Assembly (NCBI GenBank): GCA_054600435.1
Contig: BAAIJX010000021.1
Location: 365,124 to 385,123 of the forward strand
Length of the DNA stretch: 20,000 nucleotides
Reading direction: 5' to 3'
Source: Neophaeotheca triangularis
Taxonomy: Eukaryota
A program made the position numbers and the translations under genes. Below the pieces are notes generated by a model. The model made no database searches, was not told the DNA's origin, and saw nothing but the letters and a program-made list of their open reading frames with translations. Within the stretch, counting starts at the first letter, position 1; every line of letters starts with the position of its first letter. Positions 10,788-20,000 of this stretch are shown piece after piece.

Positions 10788-10793
10788 TATATA
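10788..10793 (-). promoter_or_regulatory. Candidate TATA box of the maltose permease gene
   Basis: TATATA about 140 bp upstream of the ATG, followed on the minus strand by a CT-rich tract typical of fungal core promoters. Confidence 0.4.
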
Positions 10794-11810
10794 CCACAGT
10801 GGGCATTCGTCGGTGGACACTAGGATCAACTTCACGGAAGCGGGTCGAGAAGCACCGGAGCATCAGGAGGCCTTGGAAGTCTTGGTAGAGCAGTCGCCGA
10901 CCACATCTGGACTACAGCATTGGCGTGGTGAGTAGCAAGGTAAGCTCGACAACAACAAGACATTGTTAAATGGATCAAGCTCCGAGGGGTTTGGTACTTG
11001 AGGAGTAAGACAAGAAGGAGGGAGGAGGTAGGGACCTCAGTAGGTGCGGAGAAACGTAGTCCCCCATGTACCCACTTCTGGCGTGCTTGGCGTCGCAAAC
11101 CACGCTACGGCGCTGTCCCTCGGAAAAACGATATTGCGAGCTTACCCATCATCCCGAATGGAAGGTAAGGTGGCAAGGTGGGTTGGAACATTGACATGGC
11201 ATTAATAAGATTGCTCACTCGCGATTCTTCAAGAGGCTCACCTTCATGGCAGTGCATTTCGTCGAATGTCTGTTGGGGCTACTCATGACCACCTACCCAA
11301 GTGCCTGGTCAGTAGTACGACCCCGGCCCAGCGGGTTCCCCACGATTATCCCCATACCTTGACATCTGCCTTCCGAGCGTGCATCCCAATCTAGCCTTGT
11401 CCGGTCACCAGTCCCGGTAGAAGAGTCACTTCGGCGTTCGATGAACTTGGCGTTTGCAAGCAAAGGCAAGTGAACCTCGCCGAGACTAACCGCAGCGACA
11501 TGTATTTGGCAAGGCGTCGCGATCGGCAAATGCTCATGAGGGAAGGACGGTTGTCAAAGATTGAACTGCGGCTATGGGAACTTTAGATCGAGAGGCTTTA
11601 AGGTTGTGCTTCGTGAGGCATAGTATGCGCGGAGAGAACCCCGTCCAAGTATGTATTCGTGGCGTTGATATCGCGGGGAAAGGTAGGTGACCTTTGGCAG
11701 TAACCGCAGTGGTCTCCAGCGCCCAAGCCTGCCCCCTCGTCGGCCGTCCGTCACTAACTACCACAGCACTCGGGGAGTCACTTTAGAGTAGCCTAACTTC
11801 AGGCGCCAAG

Positions 11811-12380
11811 TCACAAAACAAAAGCCCTCCTATTCATAGCCACGACGCGCTCGCTTTCATCCCTCACATCACTAAACCCCAACTCCCTCTCATAAAAAGC
11901 CTTACCGACTTTGGGATCCGTCATCAGAACAGCCCGCCGAAGCGCAGGCATCTCGTTGATGACCTCGTTGCAGCACCCTACCAACCAGCGTCCGAGCCCT
12001 TCCTTGCGATGCTCACGGAGAACGTACACATCCGTCAAATACGTCGTGGTCACGTAGTCTGTGACGAAGCGCGCGAGACCGATCTGTTGAAGTTGTTCTT
12101 GAGGTTGGCCTTCGATGGCCGTTTCGGGAGTTGTGGGTTGGGGAACTTCAGCTTCTGGAGGCACGCCTGGTATGATTTTGTACAACCCTAGAGTTTGCGA
12201 CTGCGATAGCATAAGTTCGAGGTGGTCGTGGTCGAGCGACTTGGCCCAGTACATGTCTTTGCTGCCAAAGGCCGTGTTGATGAAGTCGAGATCGAGAAGG
12301 TCACGGGCGGTCGATATCATGACGTCGCCTTGTTTGGTCTCTTTTCTCCAGTTTCGGGCTTGGGTCTGAGTCGGTGCCAT
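11811..12380 (-). CDS. GNAT family N-acetyltransferase, 189 aa
   Basis: Probable start MAPTQ at 12380 (the ORF track extends to 12554 through CT-rich promoter-like sequence). Motifs ISTARDLLDLDFI, YWA, QIGLARFVTDYVTTTYLTDVYVLREHRKEGLGRWL (acetyl-CoA binding motif A) and FYERELGF. Confidence 0.9.
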   Translation of the reverse strand: MAPTQTQARNWRKETKQGDVMISTARDLLDLDFINTAFGSKDMYWAKSLDHDHLELMLSQSQTLGLYKIIPGVPPEAEVPQPTTPETAIEGQPQEQLQQIGLARFVTDYVTTTYLTDVYVLREHRKEGLGRWLVGCCNEVINEMPALRRAVLMTDPKVGKAFYERELGFSDVRDESERVVAMNRRAFVL

Positions 12381-12489
12381 TGTTTGAAGCGGGTTACTTG
12401 AGAATAAAATCGTGGGGAATGAAGACCAACCGGCAAAGGAAAGAAGTCTAGAAGGAAAGAAGAGGCTATACTTGTATGCAATGCCATCG

Positions 12490-12521
12490 CTTGAGTCACT
12501 AAGTATTCGGAGTGACTCAAG
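12490..12521. promoter_or_regulatory. Perfect 11-bp inverted repeat containing two Gcn4/CpcA (AP-1-type) sites
   Basis: CTTGAGTCACT-(10 nt)-AGTGACTCAAG. TGAGTCA at 12492-12498 and TGACTCA at 12513-12519, 110-140 bp upstream of the GNAT ATG. Confidence 0.65.
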
Positions 12522-12767
12522 GGCGTAAAGTAACTCGTCACCATCAAGACACATCTACATTACCAACTACCGCGCCTTTCAGGTAAAGTCTTCCAGTCTA
12601 TCGCAGTGACAGGCCCCAATGCAAGATTGCAAAACACCAATTGAAAGCCCAACAAGCCGATCAATTCAGACAACCCTTACACTCGAGCCATCCCCCTCTC
12701 ACCACCGAACACCTCATTAATATCGTCCACGCATACACCACCTCGTAACAAGGAAAAACAGTCAATC

Positions 12768-13180
12768 TCACATAACGCAACACTTCCCCGACCCCACCCT
12801 TCCCTTCCTCAACCCTCCCTTCCCAGGCCCAGCCGGCTCAACCTGCGTCCTAAACATAGCCCTCCCATACTCATTCAAGTTGGCCAAACAAACATTCTCC
12901 GCCGCCGTTCCACCATGTCCCATGACAGTACCCGCGCACTCCGTGGGAGGCATGAAGTACTCGCGCTGTCGAGACAGTTAGCTTGCCGCCTGCCCTTTAC
13001 CTGTATCGGTGGAAGGCCTACGATTAGTGGCGCGATGCCCGCGGCGCAGGCGGAGGAGCCCACGTCTGTGCAGGGGTTGAGGCAGTCTTGGAGAGTGGCT
13101 GTGTGGACGGGGGTGTTGTCGAAATGGCGTTTGGGGGGCTTAGGGGGGGTTGCACAGGAGACTTTGATTTTTTGGCACAT
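12768..13180 (-). CDS. Putative small Cys-rich protein with C-terminal CaaX motif (about 104-125 aa, 2 exons)
   Basis: ATG at 13180 in context CCAAAATG. Branch GCTAAC plus acceptor CAG ending at 12966; in-frame donors at 13063, 13021 or 13000. Exon 2 (12965-12768) ends LRKGRVGSGKCCVM*. Sense strand is C-rich at the 5' end and G-rich at the 3' end, as in neighbouring genes. Confidence 0.55.
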
Positions 13181-13743
13181 TTTGGCTGCGTAGGAGATGG
13201 CGGGTGGTATGTAAGTAGCTTGACTTGACTGAGAGGTAGCTCTTGAAAGATGTGAGTAGGGTCGTGCAGAGATGTGGGTGAGGTGCAGGAGAGGAAGAAC
13301 GAAGGGACCGCAGGTTTACAAGATGCTTTGTCGGATGAACATTGACGAGCGAGATCCAGTGCCACGCTCGTTAGGCCTCGTAACGTCGTCGACGATTAAT
13401 GCTGTAGCAATCATTTCTTCGCAACTCGCTGTGTCTGACTGGCCAAAACATTACTCCGTTTATTCACCGGCTGGTACATCTCGTGCCATTTAAATGCCAT
13501 CACTGAAACACACTTCAAGCTGACCTACACTTTCCCATTTGAGACGTTGAGACTGATGGTTTTTTTTTTGCCTCAAGGTATGCCCTCAGACTTGGATTTT
13601 CTTACTTATACGAAGCATGTAGCCGAGTCTTTGTAGCATCGCCTTCTCAACCCATCACTTCTTTTCGCCGTAGACAGCTCGCGTGCTGGCGTAGCTGCTT
13701 TGACTTGATCGTTGATCGTGATCTACCGCTCAGTCTCCGCTTC

Positions 13744-14370
13744 CTAGGACGGAGGAGCAGCACCACCACGGCCACGGCCGAAGCCACCACGGAACTCAGG
13801 CTTGAAGTCGCCACCGGCACCGCCCTCCTTCTGTTGAGCGTCACCCATGTCACGACGGCGGTAGCCACCCTCGCGGTCACCACGGTCGCCGCGTGGGCCA
13901 CCACGGCCACGGGGACGGTCACCCTCACCACCCAGCATGCCGCGCGGGGGAGCGTGCGAACGCTGCTGCTTGACGTGCGTCTGGGGGACAATCTCGGCGG
14001 GAAGGTGGAGCCATTCGCGGAGGTAGTCGAGACCCTCGGGGGTCAGGGTGTAGTAGTACCATTGCCAGGAGAACTGAGTCTTGAGGTAGCCGCGCGAGGT
14101 GAGGGACTGGGCAGCCTTGATGACCTGGTGGGATGTGTTAGCTGGGTGAAATCTTTCCCTAGCATTGAGAGCGGCGGAAATCGTACGTAGAGGTTCTTGG
14201 TGTCGATCTCGCCGTGCTTGGGCTGGTTGAAGTCCTTCTTCGCGACCATGACACCCTCACGGAAGAGGTACTCATGGATCTTCTTGCGGTCGGCCTTGGG
14301 GATCAACCTGGGAATTTGTTAGCCGCTAGATTCTTTTGCGAGTGAAATTTCGGTATTCCCAAGCGTACAT
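13744..14370 (-). CDS. RPS10: 40S ribosomal protein S10 (eS10), 167 aa, 3 coding exons
   Basis: Coding exons 14370-14369 (AT), 14307-14187, 14124-13744; introns GTACGC..GCTAAC..CAG and GTACGA..GCTAAC..CAG. Product [28 protein letters not shown]...[53 protein letters not shown] followed by an RGG-rich tail. Confidence 0.98.
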
Positions 14371-14723
14371 TTTGGCGGTATTGATCGGGTTGTCGAAGGT
14401 GAGGTTGTCGGGCTTGTCGTTTGTGAAGTTCGCATCTCGTCAATTTCCAGGTGAGTGCGCTCGTGAAAGCCTAGCGCGCGGGTGCATCCGCGTCGGGGCT
14501 CTTGGGGCTCAGAACGCCGACCGACTCTTGGCGCTGTCCTCAAGCCATCGCATCCATGGACCATACGCCCCCACGTGCAGCTCGCTCAACTCTCCTTCTT
14601 CACTCTACCACTTCATACACTTCAAAGACAACCAAAACCACAATACCAAGACAAATTACTGTCTCACAATCGCTGCTATATCGCACGCCCCACTTAAACA
14701 ATACGCTCGCTGGACCCAGCAAG

Positions 14724-15674
14724 ATGGCTACCGCGACGGCTCAAATGCCCATCATGGCACCCTTCCCACAGCCGACCAACGCGCAACAAGCAACACCCAC
14801 GATTACAGTCCTCGTCACCACCTTCACGGGCCTCGGACTACCACGAACACTCTCGTTGCCAACAAACCCCAACACTTCAGTCAGCGACTTGACAACCACC
14901 ATCCTCAACCGCCTTCCGCACATCGACCGTCGCCTAATCATCACCACGAACAACAACAAGCAACTCCTGCAGACAAGCGATAAACCCATTTCCACCCTCC
15001 TCCAAGATGAACAAACGACGCTTCTCCCGCTCAGACTTTCAGCCCGTCTCTGTGGTGGCAAGGGAGGTTTCGGCTCACAATTGCGCGCGGCAGGTGGTCG
15101 TATGAGCAGCAAGAAGAACCGCGATCGGAATGCCGGCAATCCCAACGGCTCGAACCGGAATTTGGATGGAAGGCGTCTAAGGACTGTGGACGAGGCGAAA
15201 AGGTTGGCGGATTATCTGGCTACGAAGCCAGAGATGGAGAAGAGGGAGAGAGACGAGAAGCGCAAGCGGTGGGAAGCTGTTGTCGAGGCTGCTGAGAGGA
15301 AGGAGGAGGAGGTGCGGAGTGGACGAGCGGGTAATGGTGGTGGGAGGCTCGATGCGCAGTATGTTGAGGGGAAGGAGGAGGCGGAGAGGATCACAAGGGA
15401 GGCTGTTATCAGGGCTATGAAGGAGGGCAATGTGGAGAGTGCGAGGACCGGGAGTGAGTCGAGTGAGGATAGGAAGGGAAGCGAGGAAGACGGGGCGGGC
15501 TCGAGTCAGGGATCTACTGATAGCCCAGAGCCAGACGCTCATGAGGGACCGTCGTTCTTCGGCTGGGATGATGATGAATTGTCAGAAGACGAGGGAGACG
15601 ATGTGGCAGCCGAGCCTGTGACGCCTGGCGATCATGGGGCAGCAGTGTCTGGCAAGGGCAAAGGGAAGGCATGA
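14724..15674 (+). CDS. SDE2: Sde2 ubiquitin-fold-activated splicing/silencing factor, about 316 aa
   Basis: N-terminal ubiquitin-like region ending in RLCGG|KGGFGSQLRAAGGRM (GGKGG processing site), then RNLDGRRLRTVDEAKRLADY and a coiled/acidic C-terminus. Start could be 14724 or one of the next two Met codons. Confidence 0.93.
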   Translation: MATATAQMPIMAPFPQPTNAQQATPTITVLVTTFTGLGLPRTLSLPTNPNTSVSDLTTTILNRLPHIDRRLIITTNNNKQLLQTSDKPISTLLQDEQTTLLPLRLSARLCGGKGGFGSQLRAAGGRMSSKKNRDRNAGNPNGSNRNLDGRRLRTVDEAKRLADYLATKPEMEKRERDEKRKRWEAVVEAAERKEEEVRSGRAGNGGGRLDAQYVEGKEEAERITREAVIRAMKEGNVESARTGSESSEDRKGSEEDGAGSSQGSTDSPEPDAHEGPSFFGWDDDELSEDEGDDVAAEPVTPGDHGAAVSGKGKGKA

Positions 15675-15794
15675 AGTACGAAGGTATATGATGACATTTT
15701 GGGTAGCGAGGCGTAAAGGAGTTCATCACGAGATATGTACAAGGTACCTGGCACACGGTCTTGCCACCATCCAAGTTTTCTTCCATTGTCGACC

Positions 15795-17381
15795 TCATCT
15801 GCTTCTCTCGGCCCTCAGCTTGTCGTATCTCAGCACCGCGCCCATCAATACCTGCGCGCCGTTGGCACAGTCTTCCGGCTTCGAATACTCGGCAGGATGG
15901 TGAGAGACCCCGTCCTTGCTGGGAATGAAAACCATGCTAGTCGGTACACGCTTACTAGTGTAAACAGAATCATGCCCAGCACCAGAAGTAATATGCTTCC
16001 CCCAGGTCCCTATGTTCCCACTCTCGTCGACCTTGTCTGCACTCTCGAACAAAGCATTACCGGCATCCGTCACGCATTGTATGCAGTCTTTGTGGAAAGG
16101 GTTGGCGGGAGAGATGGAGTCAGTGCGCCAGCTAACCGTACACTGGAGGTCACTGGGGTGAGTGCCATCGCTCAGACCGTCGACGTTCTCACCCTGGGCT
16201 ATCTCGGCAAAAGCCCGCTTGCAAGCTTCCTCGACTTCTTCGACCGTCTTGTCTTCGGGGGCGCGGATGTCGAGGCTAAAGTCTACTGTCCCCGGCACGG
16301 TGTTGGTGCTTCCCGGTTTCAGCGTCAGGATACCAGTGGAAGCCAACGCCCCTCTCCCCGCCTTGACCGCCGCGCGATGGGAGTAGAGGATCATCTTCGA
16401 CGCCGCCAGGAGAGCGTCGGCTCTGTATTGAAACCCGGTGGTACCGGTGTGGCAATCCCTGCCTCGGACGGAAACCGTGAACCAGCGATAGGCCTGCACA
16501 CCACGAACGACACCAACTTGACGTTTCTCACTCTCCAGGATCTTACCCTGCTCAATATGCAATTCAAAGTGAGCAGCCATTGGCACGGCTTCATGGCTGG
16601 CCTGTACATTACCCAGATAGCCAATGCGCTCGAGCTCGGACTTCATCGTTGCAGTATCGCCTGCTGGGATGACTGAGCGGAGGTTGTGCGCTTTCTCGAG
16701 CGGTATGTCACCCGACCAGACGCCGGAGGAGACCATAGAGATGGGGAATCGAGCGCCTTCTTCGTTGGTCCAGTTGACTACGCCGACCGGGTAGGTTGTT
16801 TCGACCCAGTTATCGTTGAGCGTTCTCAGCATCTCCACTGCTGCTGTGACGCCCAAGATGCCGTCGTAACGGCCTCCGGTTGGTTGAGTATCGAGGTGAG
16901 AGCCGGCATAAGTTGGTGGTGCGTCGTTGTTGAGGCCGGGCCGGACGGCGTATTGGTTGCCCATGTTATCCGTAGTGATCTTACAGCCCAGAGACTTGCA
17001 CGTTTCTGCAAACCAGTCACGAGCTTGCTTGTCGGTGTCGCTGAGCGATAGGCGCGACATGCCTGTTTCTGTTGGATGGCTGGTGTCATATTAGCTGCGT
17101 TATCGATGGAGTTGCTAGCGATTGCTTTGAGAAACGTACTCTCCCCAACGCTCGCCTTTGCCCCATTCGCATGTATCATGGATATCCTTCATCAATCTGT
17201 CTTGCTTGACCTTTATGCTTGCTATGTCGCGCTCATTCATCTCTGCCACGGAAATGGCTACCCTGCTCGACGATGTGAACGAGCGTTGCCATGATCGTTG
17301 CAACTGCGACAAAGAAGGCGCATTCGGCAATGGCAGGCTTTTAGGAGTTTTGCCAGCTCGACACAAGGTTGGTAAGAACAT
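15795..17381 (-). CDS. PYD3: Beta-alanine synthase / N-carbamoyl-L-amino acid amidohydrolase (peptidase M20 family), about 508 aa, 2 exons
   Basis: Exons 17381-17140 and 17079-15795. Intron 17139-17080 (GTACGT...GCTAAT...CAG) gives RWGDHPTETGMSRLSL. Metal-binding motifs GSHLDTQPTGGRYDGILG, NEEGARF, HFELHIEQG, HTGTT, SGAGHDS and GVSHHPAEYS. Resembles Lachancea kluyveri Pyd3 as I recall it. Confidence 0.9.
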
Positions 17382-18316
17382 TTTGGGGATTCGCAATTCT
17401 TCAGACAGCAAAGCAGCATTCATAGTATCGGCAATGAACCACGCGGTGAACCTGGGAAGCTCTGTATGGCCCCACCTTTCTGCTCCGCATTTGGAAGGTG
17501 GTGAAGACCTCGGGGGTATCTTCTCATGCACTGCACGCCCTACACGTTCTTTGCCATCCGGACGTTCAATTTGACAACCCCTGAACCTCGCTTTGGCTAC
17601 TGATGAGAGGTGTTGCAATGCCTGCAGACGCGAGACGATACTGAACATCTTTTGATTCGAACCTCTTCTTCAGCAAATGGCAAGTACCATCCTCTCTTTG
17701 TTCTACTAGAGGCTACTCTGCCCGTGCTTTCAGCAGTGGTTTGAAGAATGTCTCCTCTGCAAGACTCTCGCCATGCCCGGAAGTGCAAACTCTGCTTGCA
17801 ATCGCAACGGTTCTCTAGGAGTCATGCAATAAGTTTCACAGCGCGACTCACCACCAAATTGGGCTTGCTGGATGCTCTCAACTACTGCAGGTACCACGCG
17901 CCACGTCAGAGTTGCACGCCGTAAGCAACCATGGAAGCATTCTGCATTTAATCAAGGGACTATTACTAGGAGCATTATGATGACTTGTCGAGTATCGCCT
18001 TTGTGAGAGACTATTCCACTAGGACAATCATGAGCAAACGGCGAACTTCCTGGATGCTCAGGAATGCGCTTGAAGAGCTCACAAACAGCATACCGACAAC
18101 AGCTCCCACGTGAAAGTAACGGGATCCACTGGGGAGCATACTGCGGGGCTACAGGTAGGTGTCATGTGGCGGCATGCAGGACAATCTCAAGGACTCTGAT
18201 ATGAGCCTTTCGAAGCACGCTTTCGAGCGACTGGACCAACCTCAAGCCACAACGGAGGGCTAGAATTGTAGACAAATAACACGAAGAGTCTTGTATTCTC
18301 GAGCATCAACTCCACC

Positions 18317-18724
18317 ATGGCCTCCTCAGCAACCTCCTCAACAGCCATCAACTCCCCGCAACCAGCAGCCTCTCAAGACGAAACTCACGCTCAGGCCCGC
18401 GCAGCCGTCCTCGCCTCCCTCCATTCAGCAGGCTCAAATTACGACTCGCAACTCCAACGCCGGGCGGCGGACTTGCAAGCCAACTCGGCCGCCATTGCGA
18501 AGCAAGAAGCTGAGGTGATGAAGAATGCCAAAACGTTGTCAAAGGAGAGCGCCAAGTGGGAGAAGGAGACAGGCAAGGCGACGGAGGGTCTGAAAGAAAT
18601 CGGCGATGTGCAGAATTGGGCTGAGCTGATGGAGAGGGACATGTTGGTTTTGGAGGAGACTATGAGGATGGTGGAGGGTGGGGAGAGGGAGGAGAGTGAA
18701 AGTTGGGGGAGTTTGTGGAGATGA
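18317..18724 (+). CDS. BLOC1S1: BLOC-1/BORC complex subunit 1 (BLOS1/GCN5L1 family), 135 aa
   Basis: Coiled-coil protein with the family signature LKEIGDVQNWAELMERDMLVLEET; strong start context CCACCATGG. Confidence 0.88.
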   Translation: MASSATSSTAINSPQPAASQDETHAQARAAVLASLHSAGSNYDSQLQRRAADLQANSAAIAKQEAEVMKNAKTLSKESAKWEKETGKATEGLKEIGDVQNWAELMERDMLVLEETMRMVEGGEREESESWGSLWR

Positions 18725-19139
18725 AGGAATGCCAGTTTGAGTTATAGGTGGTTTTAGAAAGCGCATGCTGGGCCGGGAAGTTTATTCGCGCAACGTCTGC
18801 CTCTCATTATGGCGACAAATCAAGTGCGCCGACGTCGTAGAATAGATACGATGCTGGAATGCCAAGACTCGGTCCGAGACGACACCACCTCGTTTTGCTC
18901 GTCGTCTACAGGAGAACCTACTGTTCAACTCCCCACAACAGCAGTATTCGCCAAGTGGTAGAAATATTGGGAAACAAAGGTCCGTAGACCCTCCATAAAT
19001 ACATTAGTAAGTCAGGTTCCCCTCAGTGGGTACCAACATCGACAGCTCCAGAGAAGTAGAGCTCTGTATCACCATATCCCTCTGCAATTGATCTCAACCC
19101 CTCACACATCTCCCTCCTTCCCCTTTCCCCAAGTCCAAC

Positions 19140-19700
19140 ATGCCAGGCCGGCTGCAAGACAAAATCGCCCTCATCACCGGCTCGTCCGGCGGTCTCGGTC
19201 GCAGCATAGCCCTAGCCTACGCCTCAGAAGGCGCCCAACTCTGCCTCGCCGACCTATACCCAGCCCCACGAAAACCACAAAACGAGGAAACAGGCAAAGC
19301 CCCCGACCACCACACACGCCTAACCTCACAAGAAAGCACCGTCGACGAAGTCGCCCGCCTCCACCCAGCCGCAAACCCGCACTTTGTCTGCTGCGACGTC
19401 ACATCCGCCGAGTCCGTCGAGGCAGCGGTGCGAGAATGCGTAGAGGTGTTTGGGAGGTTGGATGTGTTGGTTAACAATGCGGGCATTAGTGTTGAGAGTA
19501 CTTTTGAAACGCCGAGGGCTTTGCATGAGCTGGAGGAGGCGGACTGGGAGCGCACGATGGCTATTAATGCCAAGGGTGTGTTTTTGGGGTGTAAGTATGG
19601 GCTGAGGCAGATGTTGGAGCAGGAGCTTAGGGAGGGCCAGAGGGATCGTGGGTGGGTAATCAATACTTCCAGTGTTCAGGGGTTGGTAGCCTACAATAAT
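19140..19700 (+). CDS. Classical short-chain dehydrogenase/reductase, first exon only (3' part not in window)
   Basis: RLQDKIALITGSSGGLGRSIA (TGxxxGxG), CDVT, FGRLDVLVNNAG, INAKGVFLGCK and VINTSSVQG; GTAGGT donor at 19701. The catalytic YxxxK exon is not found before the poly-G run. Confidence 0.88.
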
Positions 19701-19863
19701 GTAGGTTCTGCTTTTCTTTGGGTTGAGACATTGGCTTTGTTTTCATTCCTTTGCATTGTTTCTTGACTCGAATGGTCTGTCGATTATGAGTAGGAATGGG
19801 CTGGATGAGTGGACAGCGAACGGGGGCGACAACAGCTCAGGTGTTCCTGGCACTCGACATAAG

Positions 19864-20000
<137 letters not shown>

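Noticed and set aside
10650..11810. AmyR/MalR (CGG-N8-CGG) and CreA (SYGGRG) sites upstream of the permease
   Set aside because: I found no correctly spaced CGG pair by eye (one CGG-N10-CGG at 11402-11417). SYGGRG hexamers are present but too short to distinguish from chance.
12381..12554. 58-aa N-terminal extension of the GNAT ORF
   Set aside because: Runs through CT-rich promoter-like sequence and the Gcn4-type palindrome; the domain starts after MAPTQ.
14336..14983. 215-aa plus-strand ORF and the 14502 extension of SDE2
   Set aside because: Non-ATG starts spanning the shared promoter; alternative frame of SDE2.
15735..16676. 313-aa antisense ORF (likewise 2376-2921, 3426-3977, 5923-6417, 13705-14190)
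   Set aside because: Shadow ORFs on the opposite strand of well-supported genes; no motifs.
17382..18316. Upstream in-frame extension to 17648 and a possible degenerate gene in the PYD3-like/BLOS1 intergenic region
   Set aside because: The ATG at 17381 has strong context (CCAAAATG) and yields a coherent presequence. No consistent exon model or domain was found further upstream.

Overview
Gene-dense genomic DNA from a filamentous ascomycete, inferred from short GT-AG introns (52-66 nt) with CTRAC/CTAAT branch sites; a Dothideomycete is plausible but is only an impression. Eleven clear protein-coding genes in order: F-box-like protein (-), PARP with SAP-WGR-regulatory-catalytic architecture (+), PAF-acetylhydrolase-family lipase (+), HSL-family esterase closely resembling bacterial brefeldin A esterase (+), maltose/alpha-glucoside MFS permease (-), GNAT acetyltransferase (-), RPS10 (-), SDE2 (+), beta-alanine synthase-like M20 amidohydrolase (-), BLOC-1 subunit BLOS1 (+) and a partial SDR (+). 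A probable twelfth is an unannotated spliced micro-gene ending in a CaaX motif (-). The window ends in a poly-G run that is probably an artefact. Best leads: the brefeldin A esterase-like gene (possible bacterial origin, intron inside HGGG), the SAP-type PARP, the CaaX micro-gene, and a perfect inverted repeat made of two Gcn4/CpcA-type sites in front of the GNAT gene. All homology calls come from motif recognition and recall, not from database searches.
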